Shown here piece by piece: positions 17,643 through 26,588 of a DNA stretch of 64,000 nt. The notes below the pieces were generated by a model, which had not been told where the DNA came from, did not search any database, and was given only the letters and a program-made list of their open reading frames with translations. This DNA comes from Thermoplasmata archaeon (GTDB lineage: Archaea; Thermoplasmatota; Thermoplasmata; UBA10834): NCBI GenBank assembly GCA_041554135.1, contig JBFFML010000003.1, positions 2,858-66,857 on the forward strand. Direction: 5' to 3'. The position numbers were made by a program, and so were the translations under genes. Positions within the stretch are counted from its first letter, which is position 1; each line of letters begins with the position of its first letter.

Positions 17643-19061
17643 ATGGCGAGGAAGATCGTCATCGTAGGCGGCGGCTGTGGTGGGGGGACCGCTGCCCAAT
17701 TTGCCAGGAAGACGGACAGCGGTTCAGAGATAACGATCATAGAGCGCGAGGTGTATCCGCAATACTCGAGGTGCGGCCTGCCCTACGGCATATCCGGCGT
17801 GATCCCAGAGCTCACCAACCTGATCGAGGCTCCGGAGGAGCGCCTGCGCAAGAGCAGAATAAGCGTCCACCTCGGGTCGACAGTGACGAAGGTGGACACC
17901 GAAGGCAAAATCGTCCATGTGTCGAAGCAGGAGGGCGATGAGCTGGAGCTGGAGTACGACTCCCTCGTCCTCGCCACCGGCGCGAAGGCGGTGGTCCCGC
18001 CGATCAAGGGCGCGTTCCGCGAAGGCGGCATGCCTGACGAGCTGAAGGAGGGGGTGTATGTCCTCAGGACGATAGAGGACGCCAGAGGCATCCAGTCCCT
18101 CGCCTCCAAGGGCAAGCGCGCGGTCGTCATCGGAGCCGGCCTCGTTGGCCTAGAGGTTGCGGAGGCGCTGCTGATCCGGGGCTGCAAGGTCACGGTCATC
18201 GAGTACCTCTCGAACTGCATCCTGGCCATGGTCGACGATGACATGGCGCAGATGATGGCGGCCGCGCTCGACAGGGACGGCGTCAAGCTGTTCACGGAGT
18301 ACGAGGCGACGGAGATACTCGGCGAGGAGAAGGCGAACTGCGTGGTGGCCAACGACCGGAAGACCGGCGAGGAGCGCACGTTCTATGCGGATGTCATCGT
18401 GTTCGCCACGGGCCAGCGGGGCGAGACGGACATCGCCAAGAGCATCGGCTGTGCGACGGGCCCGACGAGACAGATCTCGGTCGACGACCGCTGCGAGACG
18501 AGCGTCAAAGGGGTGTTCGCGGTGGGCGACTGCACCGAGTACCCTGAGTTCGTGACGGGCAAGCCGACCGTGAGCGGCCTCGGCACCATCGCGGTCAAGA
18601 TGGCCATGGTCGCCGGCGTCAACGCCGCGGGCGGGGACGAGAGGCTGCCCAAGGGTTTCCTGCAGACGAGGGCCACGGAGCCTTTCGGATGCCAGGTCGC
18701 CGCCGTGGGCCCGACCAGCGCGCAGCTGGAGCAGGCGGGGATGAAGCCGCTGATCGGCAAGGTGCGAGGGTTCACGCTGCCCGACTACTTCCCCGGCAGG
18801 AAGGAGATATACGTCAAGGTGCTCGCCCACCCGGAGGACGGCAGGATCCTCGGGGCGCAGATAGTCGGCGAGTCACGCGTGCACATGAGGATCAACGCCT
18901 ACGCGGCCGCCGTGCAGGCGGGGATGACCGTGCACGACTTCGCCAAGCTCGAGACGGCGTACTGCCCGCCAGCGGCGCCCACGATGGATGTAATCACGAT
19001 CGCCTGCGAGGCCGTGCGCGTGAAGATGAGACGGGCGAAAGCCCCGGCTGGCGGTCGATGA
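17643..19061 (+). CDS. FAD-dependent pyridine nucleotide-disulfide oxidoreductase (NADH oxidase / CoA-disulfide reductase-like)
   Basis: KIVIVGGGCGGGTAA (FAD GxGxxG), the redox-active YSRCGLPYGI, a second Rossmann motif VVIGAGLVGLEVAEA, and a C-terminal dimerisation domain are present. GGGAGG lies 9 nt upstream of the ATG. Confidence 0.8.
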   Translation: MARKIVIVGGGCGGGTAAQFARKTDSGSEITIIEREVYPQYSRCGLPYGISGVIPELTNLIEAPEERLRKSRISVHLGSTVTKVDTEGKIVHVSKQEGDELELEYDSLVLATGAKAVVPPIKGAFREGGMPDELKEGVYVLRTIEDARGIQSLASKGKRAVVIGAGLVGLEVAEALLIRGCKVTVIEYLSNCILAMVDDDMAQMMAAALDRDGVKLFTEYEATEILGEEKANCVVANDRKTGEERTFYADVIVFATGQRGETDIAKSIGCATGPTRQISVDDRCETSVKGVFAVGDCTEYPEFVTGKPTVSGLGTIAVKMAMVAGVNAAGGDERLPKGFLQTRATEPFGCQVAAVGPTSAQLEQAGMKPLIGKVRGFTLPDYFPGRKEIYVKVLAHPEDGRILGAQIVGESRVHMRINAYAAAVQAGMTVHDFAKLETAYCPPAAPTMDVITIACEAVRVKMRRAKAPAGGR

Positions 19062-19107
19062 TCGTCGTATGCCGCCGCGCGGCCGGGCGGCGATGCCGTC
19101 AAGGTTG

Positions 19108-19590
19108 TCAGAACAGTCCCTGGTAGCCGCCGGCGTCTATCTCCTCGATGACCTTCCTGGGGTCCTTGCCATCGACGGTGACGCCCATGGACACGCAGGT
19201 GCCGACGACCTCCCGGAAGCGCCCCCGCTTGTCCTTGGCCAGCATCGAGCCGGCCTTCATCTCGCCTATCTTCGCGACCTGCTGCACCGTGAGGTTGCCG
19301 ACGAAGTCCGAGTTGGGCTTCCCGCTACCCTTCTCGATGCCCAGCTCCTTCATTATGAGCGCGGTCGTGGGCGGGGTGCCGACCTTTATCTCGAACGCCT
19401 TGGTTTTCGAATCCACGATTAGCGTGACGGGCACCTTCATGCCTATGAACGCCTTCGTCTTCTCGTTTATCGCGCCGACCACCTGTATGACGTTCACTCC
19501 GAGCGGTCCCAGGGCGGGACCGAGCGGCGGACCGGGCGTGGCCTTGCCCCCGTCCACAAGAACCTCAAGCTTCTCTGGCATGGAACTCAC
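19108..19590 (-). CDS. rpl11: 50S ribosomal protein L11
   Basis: [32 protein letters not shown]... is the canonical L11 N-terminal domain. Confidence 0.9.
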   Translation of the reverse strand: MSSMPEKLEVLVDGGKATPGPPLGPALGPLGVNVIQVVGAINEKTKAFIGMKVPVTLIVDSKTKAFEIKVGTPPTTALIMKELGIEKGSGKPNSDFVGNLTVQQVAKIGEMKAGSMLAKDKRGRFREVVGTCVSMGVTVDGKDPRKVIEEIDAGGYQGLF

Positions 19591-20504
19591 TTCTCCTTCT
19601 CAAGCACTCGCACATGGTCCCCTCTGATCGTCACCGGGATGGGAACCATCGCCTCGAACAACTCCACGGTGATCTCCTCTTTGGCCTCGTCGATCTGCTG
19701 GACCCTGGCCTTCTCGCCCTTGAACGGCCCCGCGATGAGCTCGACGATGTCGCCCTCGACGATGCCGGACACTATCGGTTTGGGGGTCAGGAAGTGCTCG
19801 ATCTCGCCGAAGCTCGTCTCGCCCTTCACCAACCCTCTGGTGCGTCTCACGCCCTTCACGACCTCCCGGAGCGCGTCCGTGTTCATCGCCTCGACGAACA
19901 CGTAGCCGCGTATCGTCGCCGGGGATAGTATCGCGAAAACGCCGATCGGCTTGCCCTTCGCCCTGCTGGCAAGCGAGTCGGCCACCGTCTTCTCGTGGCC
20001 TATCGAGGTCTTGACCGCGAGGATCGATTGCCTCGCGGACGCCTGGAGCGTGGCGACGTCCGACACGTTTGGATCGTCCTTCAGGCTCGCGCTCACGAGG
20101 ACGGTTATCTTGTCCCCGAAGCGCGCGCCGGTGGGCGACGTGATAGTGAGGGTGAATGTCTTCTCCTGCCCGGCCATGATGTCGAATGTGCGCTCGTCCT
20201 CCTGGTCGGCCGAGGGCGTGTTCTCCCAGACCACTCCTAGAGGGTCGAAGAGCTTCACAAACCACTCGGGCGACCCTTCCTCGGTCGCCGAGAAGAGCGT
20301 GTCGACCTTGATCACCACGGTGTGCGGCAGACCGTCCTCGGGTATCCTCAGAACCATGTCGAAGTCCGATGAGTCGCCCGACGCCATGCTGCGTTTTGAC
20401 TCCCCCGTCACCTGGAGCTTGAGCGTCTTGTCCATGGGCTGCGCTGGGGGTGCGCTCTTGTCCCTCTCCTTCTCGACCGGCTCTACGTCATCAAAGATTC
20501 CCAA
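19587..20504 (-). CDS. spt5: transcription elongation factor Spt5 (NusG) with an unexplained 5' extension of about 150 codons
   Basis: The C-terminal about 150 aa ([18 protein letters not shown]...[26 protein letters not shown]... and the KOW motif [19 protein letters not shown]) form a complete NGN+KOW Spt5. The ORF continues upstream without a stop for about 155 aa of non-repetitive, coding-like sequence. Internal GTGs that would give a canonical-length Spt5 exist near 20040-20070. Confidence 0.8.
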   Translation of the reverse strand: MGIFDDVEPVEKERDKSAPPAQPMDKTLKLQVTGESKRSMASGDSSDFDMVLRIPEDGLPHTVVIKVDTLFSATEEGSPEWFVKLFDPLGVVWENTPSADQEDERTFDIMAGQEKTFTLTITSPTGARFGDKITVLVSASLKDDPNVSDVATLQASARQSILAVKTSIGHEKTVADSLASRAKGKPIGVFAILSPATIRGYVFVEAMNTDALREVVKGVRRTRGLVKGETSFGEIEHFLTPKPIVSGIVEGDIVELIAGPFKGEKARVQQIDEAKEEITVELFEAMVPIPVTIRGDHVRVLEKEK

Positions 20505-20550
20505 AACGATCCCTCGTTGAAGCGTTGGACGGAGTTCCCCTCAAGCGGCG

Positions 20551-20790
20551 CTAGCCGAAAGTCCTCACGACTATGTCGGCGCCGTACTCGAAGAGCCAGT
20601 AAATGAGGAAACCCAGGCCGCCCATGAGTATCAGACCTATCGCCACTATCTGGCTGATGCGGAGGTACTCCTCACCGGAGGGCTTCCTGGCCATCTTGAA
20701 CACACGGCCGTACTTGCCCTTGCCGATGTGCTTGGTCTTCTCCTCGATCCTCCTCTGGAGGTCCCAGGATTTCTCAATGATCTCACTCAT
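20551..20790 (-). CDS. secE: protein translocase subunit SecE (Sec61 gamma)
   Basis: The 79-aa protein reads MSEIIEKSWDLQRRIEEKTKHIGKGKYGRVFKMARKPSGEEYLRISQIVAIGLILMGGLGFLIYWLF and has a single C-terminal TM. Its position between ftsZ and spt5 is the conserved archaeal order. Confidence 0.8.
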   Translation of the reverse strand: MSEIIEKSWDLQRRIEEKTKHIGKGKYGRVFKMARKPSGEEYLRISQIVAIGLILMGGLGFLIYWLFEYGADIVVRTFG

Positions 20791-20813
20791 CGCGGTCCTT
20801 CCTAGTACAGCAC

Positions 20814-21920
20814 CTACTTAATAAAGTCTAGTCCAAGGTCGCGGCCCTTCCTGTCCTTTGTGGGGCCGAATATGTGCTTCGATTTGACGCCGGTGATGAC
20901 CACCATGACGCGGATGGTGTCGACGAGCGTCTCGTCCACGGCGGCGCCCCAGATGATCCTCGCGTTGTCGTTTATCTTCGCCTGGATTATCTCGGCCACC
21001 TCCTCGGCCTCCTTGACGCTCATGTCGGGGCCCCCGGTCACGTTGACCAGCGCCGCCGTCGCCTCGCTTATGTCGAGCTCTATCAAGGGCGAGTTGATGG
21101 CCTCCGTCACGGCCGTGACGGCCCTGTCGTCGTCGTCGGCCTCTCCCAGACCTATCATGGCGACGCCGCCGGACTTCATGACTGTCTTTATGTCGTTGAA
21201 GTCGAGGTTCACGAGCCCGGGCTTCGTGACTATCTCCGTAATGCCTTTGATGGCTCTCATCAGCACCTCGTCGGCCACCTTGAAGGCGGCGTTGAGGGAC
21301 AGCTTGGGTACGAGGTCTATGAGCCTGTCGTTCGGTATCACGATGACGGTGTCGGCGACGCCCCTGAGCCTGTCCAGACCCCAGTCGGCGTTCTCTGCCC
21401 GGATGACGCCCTCCGCCTTGAACGGATAGGTGCATATCGCTATCGTCAGCGCGCCGAGCTCCTTCGCGATCTGCGCGACGAACGGCGCGGAGCCCGTGCC
21501 TGTGCCTCCGCCGAGCCCGCACGTTATGAACACGACGTCGGAGTCCTTCATGGCGGCCTTCAGCTCTTCCTCCGCCTCCCTGGCGGCCTCCTCGCCCACC
21601 TGCGGCAACGCGCCCGCGCCCAACCCACGAGTGACGCGCTTGCCGAGCAGTATCTTGTGCGGCGCCCTCGTCATGAGCAGATGCTGTGCGTCGGTGTTCG
21701 CCGCGTAGAGCTCAGCACCTATGATGCCGGCCTCGGCCAGGCGGTTTACCGTGTTGCAGCCTCCACCGCCGCAGCCGACTATCTTTATGTTGGTCCTGAG
21801 GTTCTGCAGTATCCTCTGCAGCTCCTCGTCCTCGGCGGTGAATGCCCGCATATCCTCGGGCAACTTCTTCTTGTGCTCCTCCTCCACGTCGGACAGGGCA
21901 CTCTCGATGAGCGATTTCAT
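20814..21920 (-). CDS. ftsZ: cell division GTPase FtsZ (FtsZ1-type), tandem copy A
   Basis: [18 protein letters not shown], the tubulin signature [12 protein letters not shown], a T7 loop NLDFND and a C-terminal tail are present. The ATG is at 21920 (MKSLIESAL). Confidence 0.9.
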   Translation of the reverse strand: MKSLIESALSDVEEEHKKKLPEDMRAFTAEDEELQRILQNLRTNIKIVGCGGGGCNTVNRLAEAGIIGAELYAANTDAQHLLMTRAPHKILLGKRVTRGLGAGALPQVGEEAAREAEEELKAAMKDSDVVFITCGLGGGTGTGSAPFVAQIAKELGALTIAICTYPFKAEGVIRAENADWGLDRLRGVADTVIVIPNDRLIDLVPKLSLNAAFKVADEVLMRAIKGITEIVTKPGLVNLDFNDIKTVMKSGGVAMIGLGEADDDDRAVTAVTEAINSPLIELDISEATAALVNVTGGPDMSVKEAEEVAEIIQAKINDNARIIWGAAVDETLVDTIRVMVVITGVKSKHIFGPTKDRKGRDLGLDFIK

Positions 21921-22012
21921 GTTCGACCTCCATCGTGCGTGAACCGTCAACTAGATGACAAAGCCAGGGGCCGGTCGAGCCCACGGGCTTTTTGACCGTA
22001 GCCGATTAGTTG

Positions 22013-22022
22013 TCTTAAAAGT
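22013..22022 (-). promoter_or_regulatory. TATA-like element in the ftsZ-ftsZ spacer
   Basis: cttttaagac on the minus strand lies 65-95 nt upstream of the start of copy A. Confidence 0.3.
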
Positions 22023-22044
22023 TTCGGCAGACTGGAAAGGTCGT

Positions 22045-23166
22045 TCAGTGCACTTCGTCCAGCTCGCCAGCGCCCTTGAAGCGCTTGTCGCTGGGCTTCC
22101 CGAGGATCTGCTTCGACTTCACGCCCGTGGCCACGAGCATCACCTTGATCGTCTTGTCGAGCGCTGGATCGACGGCCGCGCCCCATATTATCCGGGCGTT
22201 GGGTCCGACTCTGGACTGTATCTCCTCCGCGGCCCTCTCGGCCTCTGCGATGGTCATGTCCGTGCCGCCTATGACGTCGACGAGCACGCCGTTCGCCTCG
22301 CTTATGTCCACCTCGAGCAGCGGCGAGTTGATGGCCTGGTCGATGGCCTCCTGTATCCTCTCCTCTCCGGGCGCGTCGGACTCGCCAAGCCCCATCATGG
22401 CGACGCCCGCGCCTTTCATCACGGTCTTGACGTCGTTGAAGTCCAGGTTGACTAGCCCCGGTCTGGTGATGACCTCGGTGAGGCCCTTGATGGACCTCAT
22501 GAGCACCTCGTCCGCGACCTTGAACGCGGCGTTGAGCGACAGCCTCGGCACGAGGTCGAGCAGCTTGTCGTTGGGGATGACGATGACGGTGTCGGAGGCG
22601 TCCCTGAGCCTGTCGAGACCCCACTCGGCGTTCTCCATCCTCATGCGCCCCTCGCCCCTGAACGGCACAGTCGCGATGGATATCGTGAGCGCGCCCATCT
22701 CCTTGGCCATACGCGCAACGACCGGTGCTCCGCCCGTTCCAGTGCCTCCGCCGAGCCCGCATGTGATGAAGCATATGTGCGTGTCCGCGAGGATCTTCTT
22801 AAGGTCGTCCTCGGCCTCCCTGGCCGCTTCCTCGCCGACCTGCGGCAGCGCGCCCGCGCCCAAGCCTCTGGTGACCCTCCTGCCAAGGAGTATCTTGTGC
22901 GGTACCCTCAGGACCAACAGGTGCTGCGCGTCGGTGTTGGCGGCGAATATCTCCGCGCCGACCACGCCCTCGTCGTATACACGAGCGATCGTGTTGGTTC
23001 CGGCTCCTCCGACTCCGATGATCTTGATGTTCGTCTTGAGGCTGCGGAGTATCTGCTCGAGCTCGGCGTCGACCCGCTGGTCCTGAAACACTCCGACGTC
23101 GCTCTCTCCACCGGTTCCCATCGTAGGCTCTCGTGCAAGCGCATCTTCGACTAGCGATCTCATCAT
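22045..23166 (-). CDS. ftsZ: cell division GTPase FtsZ (FtsZ1-type), tandem copy B
   Basis: The same signature motifs are present ([18 protein letters not shown]). It is about 70% identical in protein to copy A, with long identical stretches such as [23 protein letters not shown]. Confidence 0.9.
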   Translation of the reverse strand: MMRSLVEDALAREPTMGTGGESDVGVFQDQRVDAELEQILRSLKTNIKIIGVGGAGTNTIARVYDEGVVGAEIFAANTDAQHLLVLRVPHKILLGRRVTRGLGAGALPQVGEEAAREAEDDLKKILADTHICFITCGLGGGTGTGGAPVVARMAKEMGALTISIATVPFRGEGRMRMENAEWGLDRLRDASDTVIVIPNDKLLDLVPRLSLNAAFKVADEVLMRSIKGLTEVITRPGLVNLDFNDVKTVMKGAGVAMMGLGESDAPGEERIQEAIDQAINSPLLEVDISEANGVLVDVIGGTDMTIAEAERAAEEIQSRVGPNARIIWGAAVDPALDKTIKVMLVATGVKSKQILGKPSDKRFKGAGELDEVH

Positions 23167-23244
23167 GCTGCGTCACCATCCCTGAGGCTCGATTTGTGAT
23201 GCACTTCGTACCGCTTAAGTGCATCCCTCGCGCGCGCCGCGCGC

Positions 23245-23275
23245 ATTTTAATAAATCGCTATGTGGGTATAAATA
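23245..23275. promoter_or_regulatory. AT-rich double TATA region (ATTTTAATAAAT ... GGTATAAATA) preceded by an alternating CG tract
   Basis: This is the only AT-rich island between ftsZ copy B (minus) and acyP (plus). GGTATAAATA recurs upstream of other genes in the window. Confidence 0.4.
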
Positions 23276-23386
23276 TGTTGTTCCAGGCGGGGGCTTGCGC
23301 GGGGATCGCCCCGAAGCGCAAGGGCGAGCCCTCTCGCGCGCCCCGTCGACGATACGTTTTTCGCCGTCCTATGCGATTGAATCCGA

Positions 23387-23662
23387 GTGAAGGTGAGGGT
23401 GAGGGTTGTCTTCGAAGGGCGCGTCCAGGGTGTATTCTTCAGGGCGAACACCCAGCGGGTCGCGGAATCCCTCGGCCTGGTCGGATGGGTCAGGAACACG
23501 GACGACGGCCGCGTCGAGGCGGTGTTCGAGGGGGAGGAGGAGACGGTGCGCAAGGCGATAGAGCGGTGCGAACACGAGCAGCCGTTCGCCGATGTCACGT
23601 CCAAGCGCGTGGAGTTCTCGGAACCGACGAGGGAGTTCCGCAGGTTCTCGATCGTGCATTGA
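23387..23662 (+). CDS. acyP: acylphosphatase
   Basis: A GTG start gives [49 protein letters not shown]..., the canonical V-x-G-x-V-Q-G-V-x-F-R acylphosphatase signature. Confidence 0.85.
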   Translation: MKVRVRVVFEGRVQGVFFRANTQRVAESLGLVGWVRNTDDGRVEAVFEGEEETVRKAIERCEHEQPFADVTSKRVEFSEPTREFRRFSIVH

Positions 23663-23677
23663 GCGTCATGGCTGCCC

Positions 23678-24865
23678 TCATTTTACGACGATGATGTAAG
23701 CGAGCGCGACCCCGGCGAGGGCGAGCGTCGCGATGAGGTCGAACCCGAGCACGAGCGCCACGATGACGAAGCCGACGCCGAAGACCTTCCCGCTGTTCAG
23801 GAAGAACTCGCGGAGGAGCACGCCCTTCTTCTTGAACCTCTCGAGCTTGTCCACGAGCATCGTGAAGAGGAACGACGGTATCATCGCGATCCAGAAGTAC
23901 GCGATGCTTATGGCGGTGAGGTACTCGTGAGGGCTCCCAGCGTACGCCGCGAACAGCACGCTTATCCCGCCGAAGGTTGCGCCGATCCTCACTATCGACG
24001 CCCTGTCGTGCAGCCGGTCGGAGAGATAGCCCAACGCGACCGTGGCCACGGCGCCCCAGAGGGCGAACAGGGAGAGATAGCCGCTCAGGGCGGCCTCGTT
24101 CTTGGCGAACTCGAAGCTGATGACAGGGATCGCTACCCAGAACACGCCGTCCTGGACGCCCTCGGCGAACAGCGCGGAGCATATCCTCCAGTCGATGCCC
24201 TTGAGGTCGAGGTCCACGTTGAACCGGCCGACGAGGTTCAGCTTCAACGACTGCAGCAACTCTGGTATGATTATCCTGCGCCTTATGCGCCACAGTATCT
24301 TGAAGCGTGATATGTAGAACAGGTCGAGGAGCGTCAGCGCGGCGCCCACCGAGAAGAGCATCTGGTACGAGTGGTATGTTATTATGAGTCCACCGAGGAG
24401 CGGGGCGACCGTCGTCAGCAGGGGGAATATGAGGAAATAGGCGCCTATGCCGGCACCGCGCTTCTTGCGCGAGGTTATGTGCATGACGAGCGCGAAGTAC
24501 GGCACCCAGAACGTGGCGATGTATGTCCCGAAGAAGAGCGGCGGTATGAGCACGAGGTGCCACCCGTCCAGGAAGATCAGCGCGATGTAGTACATCGCGA
24601 GGCATATCAGCGAAGTGGTTATCGACGCGGGGAAGTTCTTCAGTATGGGCCTCGACGCGAAGGCCATGATCACAGTCGGCACAGCGGCGCTGATGAATAT
24701 GAATATCGCGCAATCGAGGTAGCTGTGCCCCTCCCTTATCAGGTAGATGAGGGCGAAGGCGTTCGCGAGCGTGTTCGCGAACGCCACGAGCGTCTGGACG
24801 ATCACCAGTGATCCGTGCCTGTGCGAGAGCGCCAGGACGTAGTGTTTGAAGTGGGCCTGAGCCAT
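23678..24865 (-). CDS. MFS-type transporter (about 12 TM)
   Basis: The 395-aa protein is hydrophobic and shows two six-helix halves with basic loop motifs (SRKKRGAGIG, DRLHDRASIVRIG). Confidence 0.6.
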   Translation of the reverse strand: MAQAHFKHYVLALSHRHGSLVIVQTLVAFANTLANAFALIYLIREGHSYLDCAIFIFISAAVPTVIMAFASRPILKNFPASITTSLICLAMYYIALIFLDGWHLVLIPPLFFGTYIATFWVPYFALVMHITSRKKRGAGIGAYFLIFPLLTTVAPLLGGLIITYHSYQMLFSVGAALTLLDLFYISRFKILWRIRRRIIIPELLQSLKLNLVGRFNVDLDLKGIDWRICSALFAEGVQDGVFWVAIPVISFEFAKNEAALSGYLSLFALWGAVATVALGYLSDRLHDRASIVRIGATFGGISVLFAAYAGSPHEYLTAISIAYFWIAMIPSFLFTMLVDKLERFKKKGVLLREFFLNSGKVFGVGFVIVALVLGFDLIATLALAGVALAYIIVVK

Positions 24866-24940
24866 CGGCTGATCCTCTTCGACCCATCATGCTCTCAGGT
24901 TATTCATACGGTTTTCGTTCCGTCGCGACACGGGTGAGCG

Positions 24941-25783
24941 TCATCCGAAGGCGGACCCGTATGTGCGCCTCGGGTTCCGGACGTGTATCTCGTGCGCCTG
25001 TCCCTCTGTCATCGTCCCCGACTCAAGCAGCGCCAGCGTCCTCTTGGGCACGGTCGTTATGGCCAGGACGGCGCCGGGCCTGTCCGGATCGTCGAGGAAG
25101 TCCGTCTCCATCATGAACCGCGACCCTTTCGACAACGCTTGGGGGACGGCGTCCCTGCTTGCGAGGACCGATGGCATGAGCCCGAAGTTCTCCTTGGGCA
25201 GCACGGCGGGCGGACAGTAGTGCTTCACGACCCGCCCTCTGGCGAGCCCCGCGGCGTCTGCCATCCCCGCCAGGTCCTTCATGGTCTCCACGGTGCCGCT
25301 CTCGGTGTGGAGAACTATCGCGCAATCGGCGTCGCGCGCCAGCGCCATCGCGTACGAGAGGATGTCGTTCGATGCGTCCCAGATGTCCCCGGGCACGTCG
25401 AAGTGCGGCCTGCCCACCTCGCCTATCGCGAGCGCCTTGCCCTCCGTGACATACTCGGCCGCTATGTCCATGCCGGCCATCATCGTCTCCTTGGCCCGGT
25501 CGAGGCCGAACCTCTTCGCGAGGCCGAGGAGGTCGACCGGGTACGGGCCTACGGTCGCATAGGCCTTCACCGATGTCTCGGCGTTCACGCGCCCGACCAT
25601 CGACACGGTGATGTCGAAGCTCCTGCGATAATCATCAGCCGAGCTCACCGGGATCTCGCCATACGGCTGATGCGACACGACGATGTGCGTCCCGCCCCGC
25701 CGCTCGAAATCCCTGACGGCGTCGATGTTCCTCCCCTTGTAGGGCTCCAGGTGAACGTGGTTGTCCAGTATCGGCACTGACAT
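24941..25783 (-). CDS. TatD-related metal-dependent hydrolase
   Basis: MSVPILDNHVHLEPYKGR... has the TatD-family H-x-H N-terminus, and ...GEVGRPHFD..., ...IVLHTESG... are conserved metal-ligand regions. It lies 14 nt downstream of tbp. Confidence 0.65.
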   Translation of the reverse strand: MSVPILDNHVHLEPYKGRNIDAVRDFERRGGTHIVVSHQPYGEIPVSSADDYRRSFDITVSMVGRVNAETSVKAYATVGPYPVDLLGLAKRFGLDRAKETMMAGMDIAAEYVTEGKALAIGEVGRPHFDVPGDIWDASNDILSYAMALARDADCAIVLHTESGTVETMKDLAGMADAAGLARGRVVKHYCPPAVLPKENFGLMPSVLASRDAVPQALSKGSRFMMETDFLDDPDRPGAVLAITTVPKRTLALLESGTMTEGQAHEIHVRNPRRTYGSAFG

Positions 25784-25797
25784 GCGGAGCTCTCTCG

Positions 25798-26346
25798 TCA
25801 CCTGAGCAGTCCTGCGGCCTTCAGCTCCTCTGTTATCTTGTCCACGGCGGCCTCGACGTCCTCCGGCTTCCTCGCCCCCGTGCAAACGAGCTTCCCGCTG
25901 CCGAACAGGAGGACCACGACCTTCGGCACATCGATCCTGTAGACGAGCCCCGGGAACTGCTCGGGCTCGTACTCGACCTTCTCGAGCCCCAGGCTGATAG
26001 CTATCGCGTTTAGGTTTATCTGGGCGCCGAGGTCGCTCGACGCGACGATGTTCTGAACCTCGATCTTGGGCTCTATCTTGATCACTATGCCCGCAGCCTC
26101 TATCTGCTTGGCCACCTTGCTGATGGCCGTCTTGACCTGCTCGAGGCTCTTTGCGCCCGTGCACACGACCTTGCCGCTCCTGAAGAGCAGCGTGGCCGTC
26201 TTCGGCTCCTTCAACCTGTATATCAGGCCCGGGAACTGCTCGGGCTCGTACTCCGCACCGTCAAGCGCCAGCGCTATCGCCTGAAGGTCCAACTCCCCAC
26301 CGAGAGACGTTGACGCGACAACGTTCTCTATCTTTATAACCGCCAT
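25798..26346 (-). CDS. tbp: TATA-box binding protein
   Basis: MAVIKIENVVASTSLGGELDLQAIALAL...EYEPEQFPGLIYRL...GKVVCTGAKS is the first repeat, followed by a second direct repeat (VQNIVASSDLGAQINLNAIAISL...EYEPEQFPGLVYRI...GKLVCTGARK). This is the classic TBP internal duplication. Confidence 0.95.
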   Translation of the reverse strand: MAVIKIENVVASTSLGGELDLQAIALALDGAEYEPEQFPGLIYRLKEPKTATLLFRSGKVVCTGAKSLEQVKTAISKVAKQIEAAGIVIKIEPKIEVQNIVASSDLGAQINLNAIAISLGLEKVEYEPEQFPGLVYRIDVPKVVVLLFGSGKLVCTGARKPEDVEAAVDKITEELKAAGLLR

Positions 26347-26366
26347 AAAATCTCCACCGGCCTGCC

Positions 26367-26390
26367 GGTATTTAAATAGGTATTTAAATA
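26367..26390 (-). promoter_or_regulatory. tandem palindromic TATA boxes (GGTATTTAAATA x2) upstream of tbp
   Basis: A perfect 12-mer direct repeat is present, and each copy contains the palindrome TATTTAAATA. The proximal copy sits about 20 nt from the tbp ATG, which fits a near-leaderless transcript. Confidence 0.6.
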
Positions 26391-26588
26391 AGTTTCCGGG
26401 AAAGGTACGTTTCCAGTGGACTTCCCCGCTCTGTCTGGCTTCTGTCCTTGTCGAACTCGGGAGGCCGTTCTGCGGCTCTGAGCGAACAGGCGTCCGATTA
26501 CCGGCGATTCCTGGCTCGGACATCGGCATACGCCGAAAACGTGTGCGGCCTAGCACTGACCCGGGAATCCGGTTTCGGAGGCATTATT

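Noticed and set aside
23263-23694. 143-aa plus ORF and 118-aa minus ORF overlapping acyP and its promoter
   Set aside because: acyP, in another frame, has the textbook acylphosphatase signature. These overlapping ORFs are Arg/Gly-rich with no motifs.
26409-26421. ORB-like dyad as evidence for a replication origin at tbp
   Set aside because: There is a single copy only. There is no cluster, no flanking DUE and no adjacent orc1. It is kept only as a possible regulatory site in the tbp finding.
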